DNA from: a virus | Lineage: Duplodnaviria; Caudoviricetes | Direction: 5' to 3' (one strand) | Virus record (IMG/VR): IMGVR_UViG_2974513674_000001 | Location: 32,001-96,000 of that record | DNA length: 64,000 nt | Part shown: positions 63,426-64,000 of the stretch, piece by piece | Numbering within the stretch: position 1 is the stretch's first letter | Layout of the letters: each line of letters begins with the position of its first letter | The notes under the pieces: model-generated | The model's database searches: none | Told to the model about the DNA's origin: nothing | What the model saw: the letters and a program-made list of their open reading frames with translations, nothing else | Program-made: the position numbers and the translations under genes

Positions 63426-63977
63426 ATGACAGATAAGAAGAACGGCCATGACCACGACCCAGCTCATGAGTGCGCACACTGCGCAGCACTCGCTTCAGGC
63501 ATGTCTGAAGAAGAGGCTCTTGTCGCCGGCCTGCTGACCACTCAGCAGATGATCCAGGCTCACGGCATCGCAGTCATGGGTGTCGGTCCTGACCCTGAGA
63601 CTGGCATCCCCTCGTTCTGCTACACCACTGGGTTCACCAGCATTGGCTTCCCAGAAGTCATCTGCTTCGGCGTAGACCCTCGCGTTCTCACCCACGTCTT
63701 CAACATCTACCACGCTGAGCTGCTTGCGGGCAGCAAACAGCCGGGTGCCGGGTTGATCGACTACTTCGAGCTGCCGATTCATGCCATCGAGTGCGACTTC
63801 GACAACGCCAAAGAGTTCGCGACCCAGGCTGTCGCCTACTACGAGATTGTCGAAGACGACAAGGTCACACCGAATTTCGTTCAATGGGTGCTGGCTGACA
63901 TGAACGGCAAGATGCCCTGGGAACCCGGCTTCAACCCGGCGTTCACTCAACCGCTGCTGGGAGCAACACCGGAATGA
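63426..63977 (+). CDS. DUF4262-like protein
   Basis: FCYTTG....GFPEVICFG...Q.V..D.NG..PW. Confidence 0.7.
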   Translation: MTDKKNGHDHDPAHECAHCAALASGMSEEEALVAGLLTTQQMIQAHGIAVMGVGPDPETGIPSFCYTTGFTSIGFPEVICFGVDPRVLTHVFNIYHAELLAGSKQPGAGLIDYFELPIHAIECDFDNAKEFATQAVAYYEIVEDDKVTPNFVQWVLADMNGKMPWEPGFNPAFTQPLLGATPE

Positions 63978-64000
63978 ACATCGAAAACCTGAGCGTGGCT

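Noticed and set aside
1-64000. tRNA/rRNA genes, integrase, ParAB, IS elements
   Set aside because: No cloverleaf/TTCGA-CCA arrangement in the intergenic gaps and no such protein motifs seen. Lifestyle (lytic versus phage-plasmid) cannot be decided from this window.

Overview
The whole window is part of a large tailed dsDNA phage genome of fairly high GC, with every credible gene on the + strand. A Pseudomonas-like host and kinship to SSU5/pHCM2-type or Nickie-like phages are inferred from gene content and codon style, not from a search. Gene order: end of the tail module (beta-helix tailspike, two duplicated [small protein + SGNH esterase] cassettes); lysis cassette (holin, SAR endolysin, i/o-spanins); PhoH; replication and recombination block (Hfq/Sm-like protein, DnaB, primase, ATP ligase, CobT-like VWA, CobS/MoxR AAA+, DnaE fused to a degenerate UDG domain, UvsY-like, gp32-like SSB, 5'-3' exonuclease, RecA, SbcD/SbcC, HNH, RuvC); nucleotide metabolism (nrdA, nrdB, thyA, DHFR-like, Nudix, dNMP kinase-like, DnaQ); and about 17 kb of small unknown ORFs. 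Three window-wide patterns are not explained by the annotation. (1) About 12 unrelated hypothetical proteins end in the same C-terminal peptide, [F/M/I/A/W]-G-[G/S/T/A]-[W/F]-[A/S/G]-COOH, which looks like a shared addressing tag. (2) About 18 intergenic promoters share a non-canonical architecture, SCC-N7-(S/A)CC-N13-TANNNT, often with the -10 box in a hairpin loop. (3) CC/GG dinucleotides are excluded from most promoter cores and from 70-180 nt islands spaced roughly 10 kb apart, some inside genes and achieved by synonymous codon choice. This suggests a CC/GG-context DNA modification or coating system with deliberately clean windows.
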